DNA of 64,000 nucleotides from Bacteroidales bacterium CF. Lineage in GTDB: Bacteria > Bacteroidota > Bacteroidia > Bacteroidales > UBA932. Under the pieces are notes generated by a model that saw only the letters and a program-made list of their open reading frames with translations, did not search any database and had not been told where the DNA came from. Below, piece after piece: positions 20,601 to 28,355 of the stretch. The position numbers were made by a program, and so were the translations under genes. The stretch's first letter is position 1. Every line of letters starts with the position of its first letter. Where the stretch lies: contig CP006772.1 in the NCBI GenBank assembly GCA_000473305.1, forward strand, positions 2,237,805-2,301,804, read 5' to 3'.

Positions 20601-20722
20601 TTAAAATCAGGCAGCAATTCGTAACTCAGGTTTTGATATCCGATAATCCCCAAAAGTGCAAATACACTGAAAAGCACAATTATTAGGGATGGTCGTTTAA
20701 TTGAAATTTCTGTAATATTCAT
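17627..20722 (-). CDS. efflux RND transporter permease subunit (AcrB/HAE1 family)
   Basis: 1031 aa, 12-TM RND architecture with large periplasmic loops. Confidence 0.95.
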   Translation of the reverse strand: MNITEISIKRPSLIIVLFSVFALLGIIGYQNLSYELLPDFNQPVVVIKTIYPGAEPQEVETSVSRKIEDALSNLEGVDYLETKSMPNASVIIANLKYGTNVDNAMQDAQRYIDNIRTDLPVDIQSPVMSKVSPNDLPIISISATSNLPETEFYQKMKDDFLPQIQQLKGVAEITMLGGEEREIQVKVDQEKLRLYKISLSQVVESINRSGLDLPAGKVQSDKVNNSVRLTGKFATTDDIMDVQLAMPFPGSPVYVKDVASVIDGVKEIESVSRYNGINGIGLLLKKQGDANAVDVSGLVRKKLASIEEQNKESGVKFIIADDSTDNTIAAVDSVVHDLILAVILVSVVMLLFLRSYRNSLIVLISIPTSLITAFAVMWLLGYTLNLMTLLAMSLIIGILVDDAIVVLENIQRHLDMGKEKRTASMDGRMEIGFSALSITLVDVVVFLPILFLQVFIADMLKQFAVVVITSTLTSLLVGFTLTPWLASRIGKKEDLQPTNIFNRFLLWFEHQLETFIQWYGKQLSWVLGHKLIFTGFVILLLILTAGMMKQGIIGKEMMSTGDQGKFRLNLEFDKTITVQQNNIVSQQVENYILQHEEVATLFSNIAGPSTGIGSLGVGSANKSEFTIQLKPEEERNIKTEAFMKSLRNELEAEFSGINFSMAFIGLLPKSAPIKITLSGANLSEVMETAQNLQAVVENLPGADNVQLSVVEGNPEYKVIPDKDKMQRLGLNTAYVGINLRTAFTGNEDATLTENGTEYPVRIWLDDFSRKNFEDVQNLTIVNPMNLPITVSQFAEVKQDNSPSLLERLDRQASVTLTAESFGRPSGTLADDVIAHLDLHPLPENVKLTWGADIKTQNESFGALGSVLLISFILIYLIMVALYDSYIYPFVALFGIPVAAIGAFLALNLSANDITLFALLGLIMLMGLVTKNAILIVDFTNQLKAEGKHYKEALIIAGKERMRPILMTTLAMAIGMLPIALAQGTASEWKNGLAWVIIGGLLSSLILTVFLVPVVYYVVDSVKEKFNKQKQS

Positions 20723-20730
20723 AAATCCGC

Positions 20731-21783
20731 TTATTTAAGGGTAACTTTGGCTCCATCGTAAAGATTGATAAAACCGTTAATGACAATCTGGTCGCCTTCC
20801 GAAATGCCTTTCTGAATAATGACCTTGTCTTCCAGCCTTTCGGCAATTGTTATGTCCTGGAGAACAGCATTTCCGTTTTTAACAACATAAACCTGAGGTT
20901 GAATGGTAGTGCCAACCATCGCCGATGCAGGAATACTGATTTGGTTTTCGTTGCCTCCTGATGTTACTTTTACTTTTCCGAACATTCCTGATTTTATTTT
21001 TAAGTCGGGGGTATTTTGCAATTCAAGCTGTACCGGATAACTGTTACCCATATTGGCTTTGCTGCCCACCATGCTTACTTTCCCTTCGAATGTTAATTCG
21101 GGATAAACGTCAGCCGATATCTTGCAAACCTGTTGAAATGAGAACTGCGCCATTTTGTTTTCAGGTACATTTACAGTAAACTTCAGTTTTGAGATTTCGG
21201 TAAGTTGCAGCAGTGGCATACCGGGAGCGGCAAATGCTCCTACTTCGGTTAATTTTGCCGTTACAATACCATTAAACGGCGCACGAATAGTTGTTTTGCT
21301 GATTTGTTCTTCCAATGTTGCTTTTTGAACCTTAGCTGTTTTAAGTCCCAATTCTGCTTTTTCAAGCTGAATACCCTGTACGGCATCGGCAGCAGATAAA
21401 ATGGTAAAGCGTTTTACATCGGTTTCCAGTCCTTCGATTTGTATTTCAACAGTCTGCAATTGAAGTTTTAACAGCGCATTATCCAATTGAATCAGCTTTT
21501 CACCTTTTTTCACCGAACTGCCTAAATCAACCAGAACCTCGCTCACCTTTCCCTGTATATCGGCGCTTAGCTTCGTTTCTTTTTGCGGTTCGAAAGTGCC
21601 GGTATACGTGTAGGTATTTGCCGAAATTGCTGAATTAACCAGCATTGCCTGCACGCTAATTGGTTTTTCTTTGTCGTACTGATAAACCCTTTTCTCTGTA
21701 ATTTCCTTGTTGCTTTTCAGTTTAAAAACTGTAAATGCAATGAGTGCCAAAATGGCAACCGTATAACTAATTTTTTTCAACAT
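20731..21783 (-). CDS. efflux RND transporter periplasmic adaptor subunit (MFP/HlyD family)
   Basis: 350 aa with a signal anchor, coiled-coil hairpin and beta-barrel regions. Confidence 0.9.
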   Translation of the reverse strand: MLKKISYTVAILALIAFTVFKLKSNKEITEKRVYQYDKEKPISVQAMLVNSAISANTYTYTGTFEPQKETKLSADIQGKVSEVLVDLGSSVKKGEKLIQLDNALLKLQLQTVEIQIEGLETDVKRFTILSAADAVQGIQLEKAELGLKTAKVQKATLEEQISKTTIRAPFNGIVTAKLTEVGAFAAPGMPLLQLTEISKLKFTVNVPENKMAQFSFQQVCKISADVYPELTFEGKVSMVGSKANMGNSYPVQLELQNTPDLKIKSGMFGKVKVTSGGNENQISIPASAMVGTTIQPQVYVVKNGNAVLQDITIAERLEDKVIIQKGISEGDQIVINGFINLYDGAKVTLK

Positions 21784-21795
21784 GATGTTTCTGTT

Positions 21796-23151
21796 TTATT
21801 TAATTGATGAAATATTTCCGCTTAGTTTTTTTAATTCCAAATCGGCTTTCAGGAATTCGATGATGGCTGTTAAATGGCTGGTTTGTGCTTCACTAACCGC
21901 ATTGTCGGCCAGAAGAACATCGGTAAGCGTTGCTGTTCCTTCTTTCTGTTGCAACACCATTTCGTTGTAGACCGTGGTCGCCAGGTCGATTTGGTTTTGT
22001 GTATTGTCAATGGTTTGTTGGTTTACCCGTCGCAAGCGGGTTGCGTTTTCAATCAGCATTTGGTTTTGTTCTTTCGCCAAATCGAATTGTATCTGATTAT
22101 TCTGGATTTCCAGTTTTTTCTGATTGATTTTTCGTTGTGTAACTGTTCCGTTAAAAAGGGGAACTGAAAGTTGCAACCCTGCAAAAGCCGTTGGGTAAAA
22201 GTTCAGGAAGTCGTTCGGCTTTTCATCGTAACCAAATCCCGTTTGTCCATAGCTTCCAAAAATCGAAACCGTGGGTAGACGCGAAGCTTTTAATGTGCTT
22301 AACTCGCTGGAAAGAAGTTTGTTTTGAGCAACAACCAACTCCAAATCCACTGGCAATATTGTAGAATAGGTCTCCAAATCCTTGTTTTCGATTTTAGTGT
22401 CAATCTGAATGATTTGATTAAACGGAATCCCCATCGAAAACTTCAGCGCATTCATCACTTGTTCAATATTGATATTCAACAATTCAAGCTGAGTGATTAA
22501 TTGTTCCTTTTGCAATTCTACTTTCGAAACGTCACTCTTTTTTATCATTTGTTGTGCATGCAGCAACTTTAGGTTATCTAGTAGTTTTGCGGTATTTACC
22601 AGGTTACTGTCAACAAAAGCTTTTTGATGACTTAAAATCTGAGCGTTATAAAACAGGTTCGAAATTTCGAAATAAACCTGTTCTTCTGTTTTTTTGTATT
22701 GAAGGCTGTTTAGCTCCGAAGCAATTTTTGTCGCTTCAATAGCGCCATAAACCTGTGGATTATACAAAGGCATTGCGACTTGAAGGTTAGCACCTATATT
22801 GTGCGGCACACCCATTTGCACTTCCTTGTACATTCCTTCGGGGCCGCCAAAAGCTGATTGTGGCATTAGTTGGTAAGGCAACTCAGCAAAATATTTGTAG
22901 TCGGCATTCAAACTGATTTTTGGTATAAGATTAGCTTTTGCCTCACTGTGTTTTTCTGTGGCCAAATTCATATTGTTCCTGCTCATTTGCAGGTTTTTAT
23001 TGTGTACCTGAGCTGTGTCGATGCATTGTTGCAAAGTCCATGTTTGTGCATTACTGTTCAGCGACAAAAATATTCCTGATAAAATCAGGAACAATAGTTT
23101 CGATTTGTGAATGCTCACTAACTTGTGTGTCCAAATTTTTTTGACTTTCAT
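21796..23151 (-). CDS. TolC-family outer-membrane efflux protein
   Basis: 451 aa with a signal peptide and two OEP repeats. First gene of the tolC-MFP-RND operon. Confidence 0.85.
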   Translation of the reverse strand: MKVKKIWTHKLVSIHKSKLLFLILSGIFLSLNSNAQTWTLQQCIDTAQVHNKNLQMSRNNMNLATEKHSEAKANLIPKISLNADYKYFAELPYQLMPQSAFGGPEGMYKEVQMGVPHNIGANLQVAMPLYNPQVYGAIEATKIASELNSLQYKKTEEQVYFEISNLFYNAQILSHQKAFVDSNLVNTAKLLDNLKLLHAQQMIKKSDVSKVELQKEQLITQLELLNINIEQVMNALKFSMGIPFNQIIQIDTKIENKDLETYSTILPVDLELVVAQNKLLSSELSTLKASRLPTVSIFGSYGQTGFGYDEKPNDFLNFYPTAFAGLQLSVPLFNGTVTQRKINQKKLEIQNNQIQFDLAKEQNQMLIENATRLRRVNQQTIDNTQNQIDLATTVYNEMVLQQKEGTATLTDVLLADNAVSEAQTSHLTAIIEFLKADLELKKLSGNISSIK

Positions 23152-23157
23152 TTTTTA

Positions 23158-23733
23158 TTAATCTTTTGAAGTTTTTATTTTTTTCATTTCCAATATTACC
23201 TCATGAAAACGTTGTTCGTCTTTCATATAAGTTCTAAATCCAGCTAATATTTTATTTGCCAGAACCTTTGTTGAGACTGTTGTTTTAAAGTTATTTTCAC
23301 TTTTTCCTTTGTTAATTATTTCCGTCAAATAATACTCAGCCATCTCCCGAATCCGCAGTAATGAATTCCTGATGCTTTCATCCCTGTCTTTGAGTTTCTT
23401 ATCGAAAATAAGGTCGAGGTAATATGGTTTTTGCAGGAAAAGGAAATAAAGCTTTTTAAAGAGAATTTTCAGTTCATTCTCGGGAATTTCGCTAGATTGT
23501 TTAGTTCCTTTTAAAAAATCCACCATGTCACTTTCAAGGCTTAATAACAAAATCAGAAGTATGTCATCATCTTTTGATAACCGACCGTAAAGTTGGCTTT
23601 CTTTTATTTGAAGATCTGCCAGATTATGAATGGTAAGTTCATCTAAACCTGAATTCCTTATTATTCCGGCAGCTTTTTCAATTATTTCATTTTGTTGTGT
23701 TTTCATAATGACTTTTTGTAAGTGAATATCCAC
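23158..23733 (-). CDS. putative TetR-like regulator
   Basis: 191 aa with a weak N-terminal HTH (LDELTIHNLADLQIKESQLYGRL). Confidence 0.4.
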   Translation of the reverse strand: MDIHLQKVIMKTQQNEIIEKAAGIIRNSGLDELTIHNLADLQIKESQLYGRLSKDDDILLILLLSLESDMVDFLKGTKQSSEIPENELKILFKKLYFLFLQKPYYLDLIFDKKLKDRDESIRNSLLRIREMAEYYLTEIINKGKSENNFKTTVSTKVLANKILAGFRTYMKDEQRFHEVILEMKKIKTSKD

Positions 23734-23758
23734 TAACTAAATAATGCAAATTTTTTTC

Positions 23759-24097
23759 CTATAAAAGCTTCGACTGGGTGTTCGGTTTGGGTGCTTTCAC
23801 TACCAGAATTCGTGCAATATTCGTTGAATTGTTATACAGACAATGCACGATATCTTTGGGGCTATCAACCAAACTATCAACCGGAACTTCTGTTTTTTCC
23901 TTACCAATGAGAATTTCAGGAGTTCCTTCCAGCACATAGAAAAATACATCTACCGGAGTAATGTGCGGTTTCAATGCTTCACCGGGCTGCAGGGTAATAT
24001 GCATGGCCTGCGCGCTATCTTTATCATACAATTTTCGAACATCCACCTTGTGTGGTGTTTCTTCGGTTGTTGTTTCAATTACTTTTTTGATTTCCAT
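23759..24097 (-). CDS. cupin domain protein
   Basis: 112 aa with a cupin_2-like beta-barrel. Confidence 0.55.
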   Translation of the reverse strand: MEIKKVIETTTEETPHKVDVRKLYDKDSAQAMHITLQPGEALKPHITPVDVFFYVLEGTPEILIGKEKTEVPVDSLVDSPKDIVHCLYNNSTNIARILVVKAPKPNTQSKLL

Positions 24098-24107
24098 TTT
24101 TTGTTGA

Positions 24108-24695
24108 CTATTTTTTTACAAGAATTTTTACTGAATTTGAAAGTTCTTTTCCTTTGTCAGACAAGCTAAAAGCATAACCCGACATTTGCCATTGTTTTAC
24201 AAACAAGCGCAGAGTTCCCATAACTACGACAGCCAAATGTTCTGCTTCCACATCGGTTCTGAGTTCGCCATTTTCCTGTCCTGATTTAATTATGCTGGTT
24301 AATGTTATGAAGTTATTATCCATAATTTCAGAAACTTTTTTTACCAGAATAGCTTCATTCCGAAAAAGTTCTTCCGAAAAAATAACTGCCACGAGCGAGG
24401 GAGAGTTGGCAAATATTTTAAACTGATTTTGAAAAAGGTGATTTATTTTAGTGAGTGCATCTCCTTCTGCATTTAGTTCGGCAGTAAACAGGCGCTCAGT
24501 ATTTTCTTTGAAATAGTTTAAAATGGCCACTAAAATCTCAATCTTATTTTCGTAATGGCGGTAAATTGCCGATTCTGAAAATCCAATTCTTTTTGCCAGA
24601 TTTTTTATTGTTAGTCCCTGAATTCCGTTTTCGGCGATTAAAGCGAGAGAAACTTCAATTATTTCCTTTTGTCTATCTGATAATTCTGATGTCAT
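24108..24695 (-). CDS. TetR/AcrR family transcriptional regulator
   Basis: 195 aa with a TetR HTH (LTIKNLAKRIGFSESAIYRHYENK). Confidence 0.8.
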   Translation of the reverse strand: MTSELSDRQKEIIEVSLALIAENGIQGLTIKNLAKRIGFSESAIYRHYENKIEILVAILNYFKENTERLFTAELNAEGDALTKINHLFQNQFKIFANSPSLVAVIFSEELFRNEAILVKKVSEIMDNNFITLTSIIKSGQENGELRTDVEAEHLAVVVMGTLRLFVKQWQMSGYAFSLSDKGKELSNSVKILVKK

Positions 24696-24890
24696 ATCAA
24701 TTTCTTATGTTAGTGAATATTCACTTTGCAAATTTAAATCAAAATTATTGAACAATCCAAATAATTTTTGAGAATTCTATAACATCTTGTTTTTCTGTGC
24801 TTTAAATACTGTTTCTAAGTATTGTATGCAATATCATCCTTATTCGAAAAGTAACTTTATTGGGGTGACTAATTGTGGGGTGGCAGAATT

Positions 24891-24953
24891 GCACTCTTTG
24901 GCAAAGCTTTGGTTAATTCGCGTTGGCTTGTGGGGCTTTGGCAATGTGTGCAA
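24891..24953 (+). repeat. bracket motif copy M2 (5' side of the efflux cassette)
   Basis: GCACTCTTTGGCAAAGCTTTGGTTAATTCGCGTTGGCTTGTGGGGCTTTGGCAATGTGTGCAA. Confidence 0.6.
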
Positions 24954-25051
24954 TTTGGGTTGGTTTTCAATTCATGGCTCAATATTTAACAGTCGTATTG
25001 TCAAATAATATTGTCTCACTTAAGTTTAAGTTTTCTTTTTTTACACTTGGT

Positions 25052-25179
25052 GGTAACGGTTGCGTGTAGCAGCAGTAAGGGATTGCGGGCGACTTACCTG
25101 TCCACCACCACAGAAGTTTGAGCGGGGCGGAATGCTTCATTTACCACTGAAACCCTTATTGCTGCTACACTTTGTTACC
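25052..25179 (-). other. attC-like site (about 128 bp)
   Basis: GGTAACGG|TTGCGTGTAGCAGCAGTAAGGG...CCCTTATTGCTGCTACAC TTTGTTACC. Clear outer inverted repeats. Confidence 0.7.
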
Positions 25180-25323
25180 AACTGGCCTTCTTTCTTGTCA
25201 AGCGATATACCTTTTTGTTTATCAACTATTTCTATCATTTCGTTTTTGTCTGTCGGATTGTGTATCAGCAAAGTTTTATTTTTTAAGTGGGATATTTCTT
25301 GTTTTTTCGGGTGGGCAAAGCAA

Positions 25324-25382
25324 GCTCTTTTGCAAACTTTGGTTTGCGGGTTGGCTTTGAGCGGTTTGCAAATGTGCTTGCT
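25324..25382 (+). repeat. bracket motif copy M3 (3' side of the six-gene cassette)
   Basis: GCTCTTTTGCAAACTTTGGTTTGCGGGTTGGCTTTGAGCGGTTTGCAAATGTGCTTGC. Confidence 0.55.
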
Positions 25383-25399
25383 TTGCGTCCGGGTTCATA

Positions 25400-26374
25400 T
25401 TAGTTAAACTTTCCTGTGATTTGTGAAATATCAAATTTGCCGTCAATGTTTTGGATTTCGATTTTTCCATTCAGAATATCGAAGAAGAAATCGCGAATAC
25501 GGTCGAAGGTCAAAATAGCGGGCTTTCCGTCTTTTCCAGTACCCATATCGTAAGTTTTCAGCAGTTGTAAGCCGAGCGAGGCAGCTGTCAAAAGAAAATG
25601 ATTTTGAAACTTATCGGTATCCAACAAGTCGGCTGCCAACACTTTACCGATTACAGTGTAACTGCGCAACGTTTTCTGAATTTCCTCATTGGTGAGCGTA
25701 GTTTTTACCTCATCGGTAGTAATATTCATTTCAATTTTACCTGAATTTTGCGCCTGTGGAAGTCCTTTGTAGAGTGCGCCCAAGTCAGCCAAACTCAAAT
25801 TGTAAAGCCTTGCATCGGCGGTAGCAATCATCGGCTCAATTGAAAACGCACTCGGCAAAAGCAAGGAAATACTGCCTTCTACCCGCACCGACGGCGTGTT
25901 GAACGTGCCGACAAGGCTGTTTTTGAGGTCGATTTGCTGCGTAGCAAACACACCGCCAACCACTATACTGTTTTCCAACACGACATCATCTGCATAAATG
26001 CTGCCCGCCACAAAAGCATTGTAAAGCGCTACACTCTTGGCGTTTATATCGGAATGGAAAACGAGTTTGGCGTTTCCTGCCCGCGAAACAAGGCTGTTTG
26101 CCGAGCCAACGCTCTTTTTGAACGCAATATTGCCTTTTGCCTCGCTGTTGACATAAAGTTCCAATTGCGTGAAAACAGCACCTTGAATTTCGAGGTCGCC
26201 GTTTTGGATTTCTAACTTGTGGGCATAAACCGGTCCTTCAACTACCGCATTGCCCTGCACTGTAATAGTGCGATTGAGTTCCGCGGCCTTTTCGGGCAAA
26301 ATAGAGCCGCGCACCAGGTTGTCTTTCAATTGTATGTTGCTTTCGTTAAAACGAAGTTCTTTTAACTCTTTCAT
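25400..26374 (-). CDS. bactofilin-like (polymer-forming beta-helical) protein with a C-terminal extension
   Basis: 324 aa. Residues ~40-175 are repetitive hydrophobic/Gly beta-helix repeats (..GNAVVEGPVYAHKLEIQNGDLEIQGAVF..VVLENSIVVGGVFATQQIDLKNSLVGTF..). Confidence 0.5.
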   Translation of the reverse strand: MKELKELRFNESNIQLKDNLVRGSILPEKAAELNRTITVQGNAVVEGPVYAHKLEIQNGDLEIQGAVFTQLELYVNSEAKGNIAFKKSVGSANSLVSRAGNAKLVFHSDINAKSVALYNAFVAGSIYADDVVLENSIVVGGVFATQQIDLKNSLVGTFNTPSVRVEGSISLLLPSAFSIEPMIATADARLYNLSLADLGALYKGLPQAQNSGKIEMNITTDEVKTTLTNEEIQKTLRSYTVIGKVLAADLLDTDKFQNHFLLTAASLGLQLLKTYDMGTGKDGKPAILTFDRIRDFFFDILNGKIEIQNIDGKFDISQITGKFN

Positions 26375-26393
26375 TGTGATATTATTTTTATGA

Positions 26394-27428
26394 TTAAACT
26401 GATTTTATTGAGCTGAAATTTAGCATTTTAACAATATTTTCCCGCACACGATTTGTGTGTGTATCGCCTGTGGAATAACGATTGCTGACTTCCGCGTTGA
26501 AATAACGCCCGATTTTCTCGGCATTGTCTTTGGAAACGTTTCCCCAAGTTTTTGCCTGAAAATCAGAAATCATTTCGTTTGCCTGCATTTTTGGCAAAAA
26601 ATCGGCTTGATACAGATTTTTGTCAATCTGACTTTTTTCGTTTTGCGTTTCGATAAAGCAGACAGGCGAATACTGCACGGCTACAACGCTCTCGTTCAGA
26701 ACGGTTTGATTGATTGTGTCGTTCAAGCGTTTCTGTTTCACGAGAAAAGTATTTGCCTTGCCGATAGTGTCAAACGCGCGTTTTTTGGCAATAGAGGCAG
26801 AAAGTCGCACCTGTAAATCGCCGCTCTCCGCGCCAAAAACGGCCACAGTACTTGCCAAATCGCCTGTCAAGGTGCGTCCTGCATGCTTGTCGCTCTGATT
26901 TTTGAAGACGAAAGCAGGCTTGTCCAATTCGTAAATACGGTTGGAAAGTTCGTTGTCCAAGTCCTCAAAAATTTTCAGGTAACGGCTCGAAATACGCTGA
27001 TAGTCGCCTTGCATCTGCGTTTGTTTTTCCACACAACGTTTTGCCATTGAGTGCAGGTGTGCCAAATGGGAATCTAAACGGCTCGAAAGTTCTGCAATCT
27101 GCTGGCTGATTTCAGAGCGAATTGTTTTGAAAAAACCTTCTACAATGGTACTACCCACTTTCTTTGCGTTGCTGTCGATAGATACAATTTGTGCCGTTTC
27201 GGTAGCAACGACTGCACCAGTGAGAACATTTACAGAATTGTTACAATTCGCTACACTATTGTCGAAAGGAGTTGTTTCAACATCAATATTTACCTGTACA
27301 TCTTCGTAAGCCGTACCGCTGTATGGTACACTTCCGCTATATGGTTTTCCATCTACAGAACCAGAATAACTGACTCGACCCGAATAGTGAACTGCTATTT
27401 GTTTATGAAAATTTTGTCTATAACTCAT
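26394..27428 (-). CDS. hypothetical coiled-coil protein (paralog A)
   Basis: 344 aa. Shares a conserved central block with 27425..28351 (FFKTIRSEISQQIAEL..SSRYLKIFEDLDNELSNRIYELDKP). Confidence 0.6.
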   Translation of the reverse strand: MSYRQNFHKQIAVHYSGRVSYSGSVDGKPYSGSVPYSGTAYEDVQVNIDVETTPFDNSVANCNNSVNVLTGAVVATETAQIVSIDSNAKKVGSTIVEGFFKTIRSEISQQIAELSSRLDSHLAHLHSMAKRCVEKQTQMQGDYQRISSRYLKIFEDLDNELSNRIYELDKPAFVFKNQSDKHAGRTLTGDLASTVAVFGAESGDLQVRLSASIAKKRAFDTIGKANTFLVKQKRLNDTINQTVLNESVVAVQYSPVCFIETQNEKSQIDKNLYQADFLPKMQANEMISDFQAKTWGNVSKDNAEKIGRYFNAEVSNRYSTGDTHTNRVRENIVKMLNFSSIKSV

Positions 27429-28351
27429 AATTGTTCGTTTTTAAGGGTTTGAAAATTATTAGCCATAAACAGTTTGTTAGCCATATCTTTTACCCGCTGC
27501 GAACTGCCCGAATTAGAAAGATATTTGCTGAACTCGCTTTTTACCTCCTTGTCGATTTCTTTTGACGGTTGCCACTCAATATTTTCAATATTGGAATTAA
27601 CCGTGTTTTTAATGGTTGATTGAGTTTGTTTGCTCAACTGTGCATTATTTAATTGAATATCAATATTTTTGCTGTCGAATTTATCAAAATTACACTCTGA
27701 AATTACCACAGGAACGGACAGGGTAGAATTTTCAACATTGCCTTTTTCAAGCAAAATTCTGTCAGTCAATTTTTTCTGTTCCGACATATCGGCAAGAAAG
27801 TTTGTCATTGAGTTGATAACTCTCAAACCTCGAAATTTTACATTCGAGGCAATGATCTTCTGACTTGCCGCCAGCGATTCGAGTTGCGAAACAGGGACGG
27901 TTGCCGTCAGGTATTTTGTACGGTTAGATACCTTTTCCAATTCTTTAACTGCAAAATCGACAGTTGGTTTATCCAATTCAAAAATTCGCTGTTTCAGATT
28001 TTGATTCAATCCGTTGAAAAGTTTCAGATAACGAGAGGAAATCATATTATAGTCGCGTTCCATTCTGCCGCGTATTGCCAAAAGTTGCTTTTTTTGTGCG
28101 TTGAGCTGCATTAAATGCGAATCGACATCGCTTTGCAGTTTGGCTATTTTCTGCGAAATTTGAGAACGTATAAGCGTGTAAAAGCCTTTATTTACGTTGT
28201 CGCAAACGTGGTCGGCGGCTTTCTTTTCTGCCAAAACTACGGCAGTTTGCATTGCTACAACCGCAGTTGTAGTCCCCTTGATATGATTGGACACTGAATG
28301 AATTTCCTGTGCCATCGGGTTGGTATCTACTACGCAATCTATATATGCCAT
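27425..28351 (-). CDS. hypothetical coiled-coil protein (paralog B)
   Basis: 308 aa, paralogous to 26394..27428 (FYTLIRSQISQKIAKL..SSRYLKLFNGLNQNLKQRIFELDKP). Overlapping start and stop. Confidence 0.6.
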   Translation of the reverse strand: MAYIDCVVDTNPMAQEIHSVSNHIKGTTTAVVAMQTAVVLAEKKAADHVCDNVNKGFYTLIRSQISQKIAKLQSDVDSHLMQLNAQKKQLLAIRGRMERDYNMISSRYLKLFNGLNQNLKQRIFELDKPTVDFAVKELEKVSNRTKYLTATVPVSQLESLAASQKIIASNVKFRGLRVINSMTNFLADMSEQKKLTDRILLEKGNVENSTLSVPVVISECNFDKFDSKNIDIQLNNAQLSKQTQSTIKNTVNSNIENIEWQPSKEIDKEVKSEFSKYLSNSGSSQRVKDMANKLFMANNFQTLKNEQL

Positions 28352-28355
28352 AATC

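Noticed and set aside
17883-20604. Many 60-110-aa plus-strand ORFs inside the RND permease, MFP and TolC genes
   Set aside because: They are antisense to long, well-supported minus-strand genes and are low-complexity.
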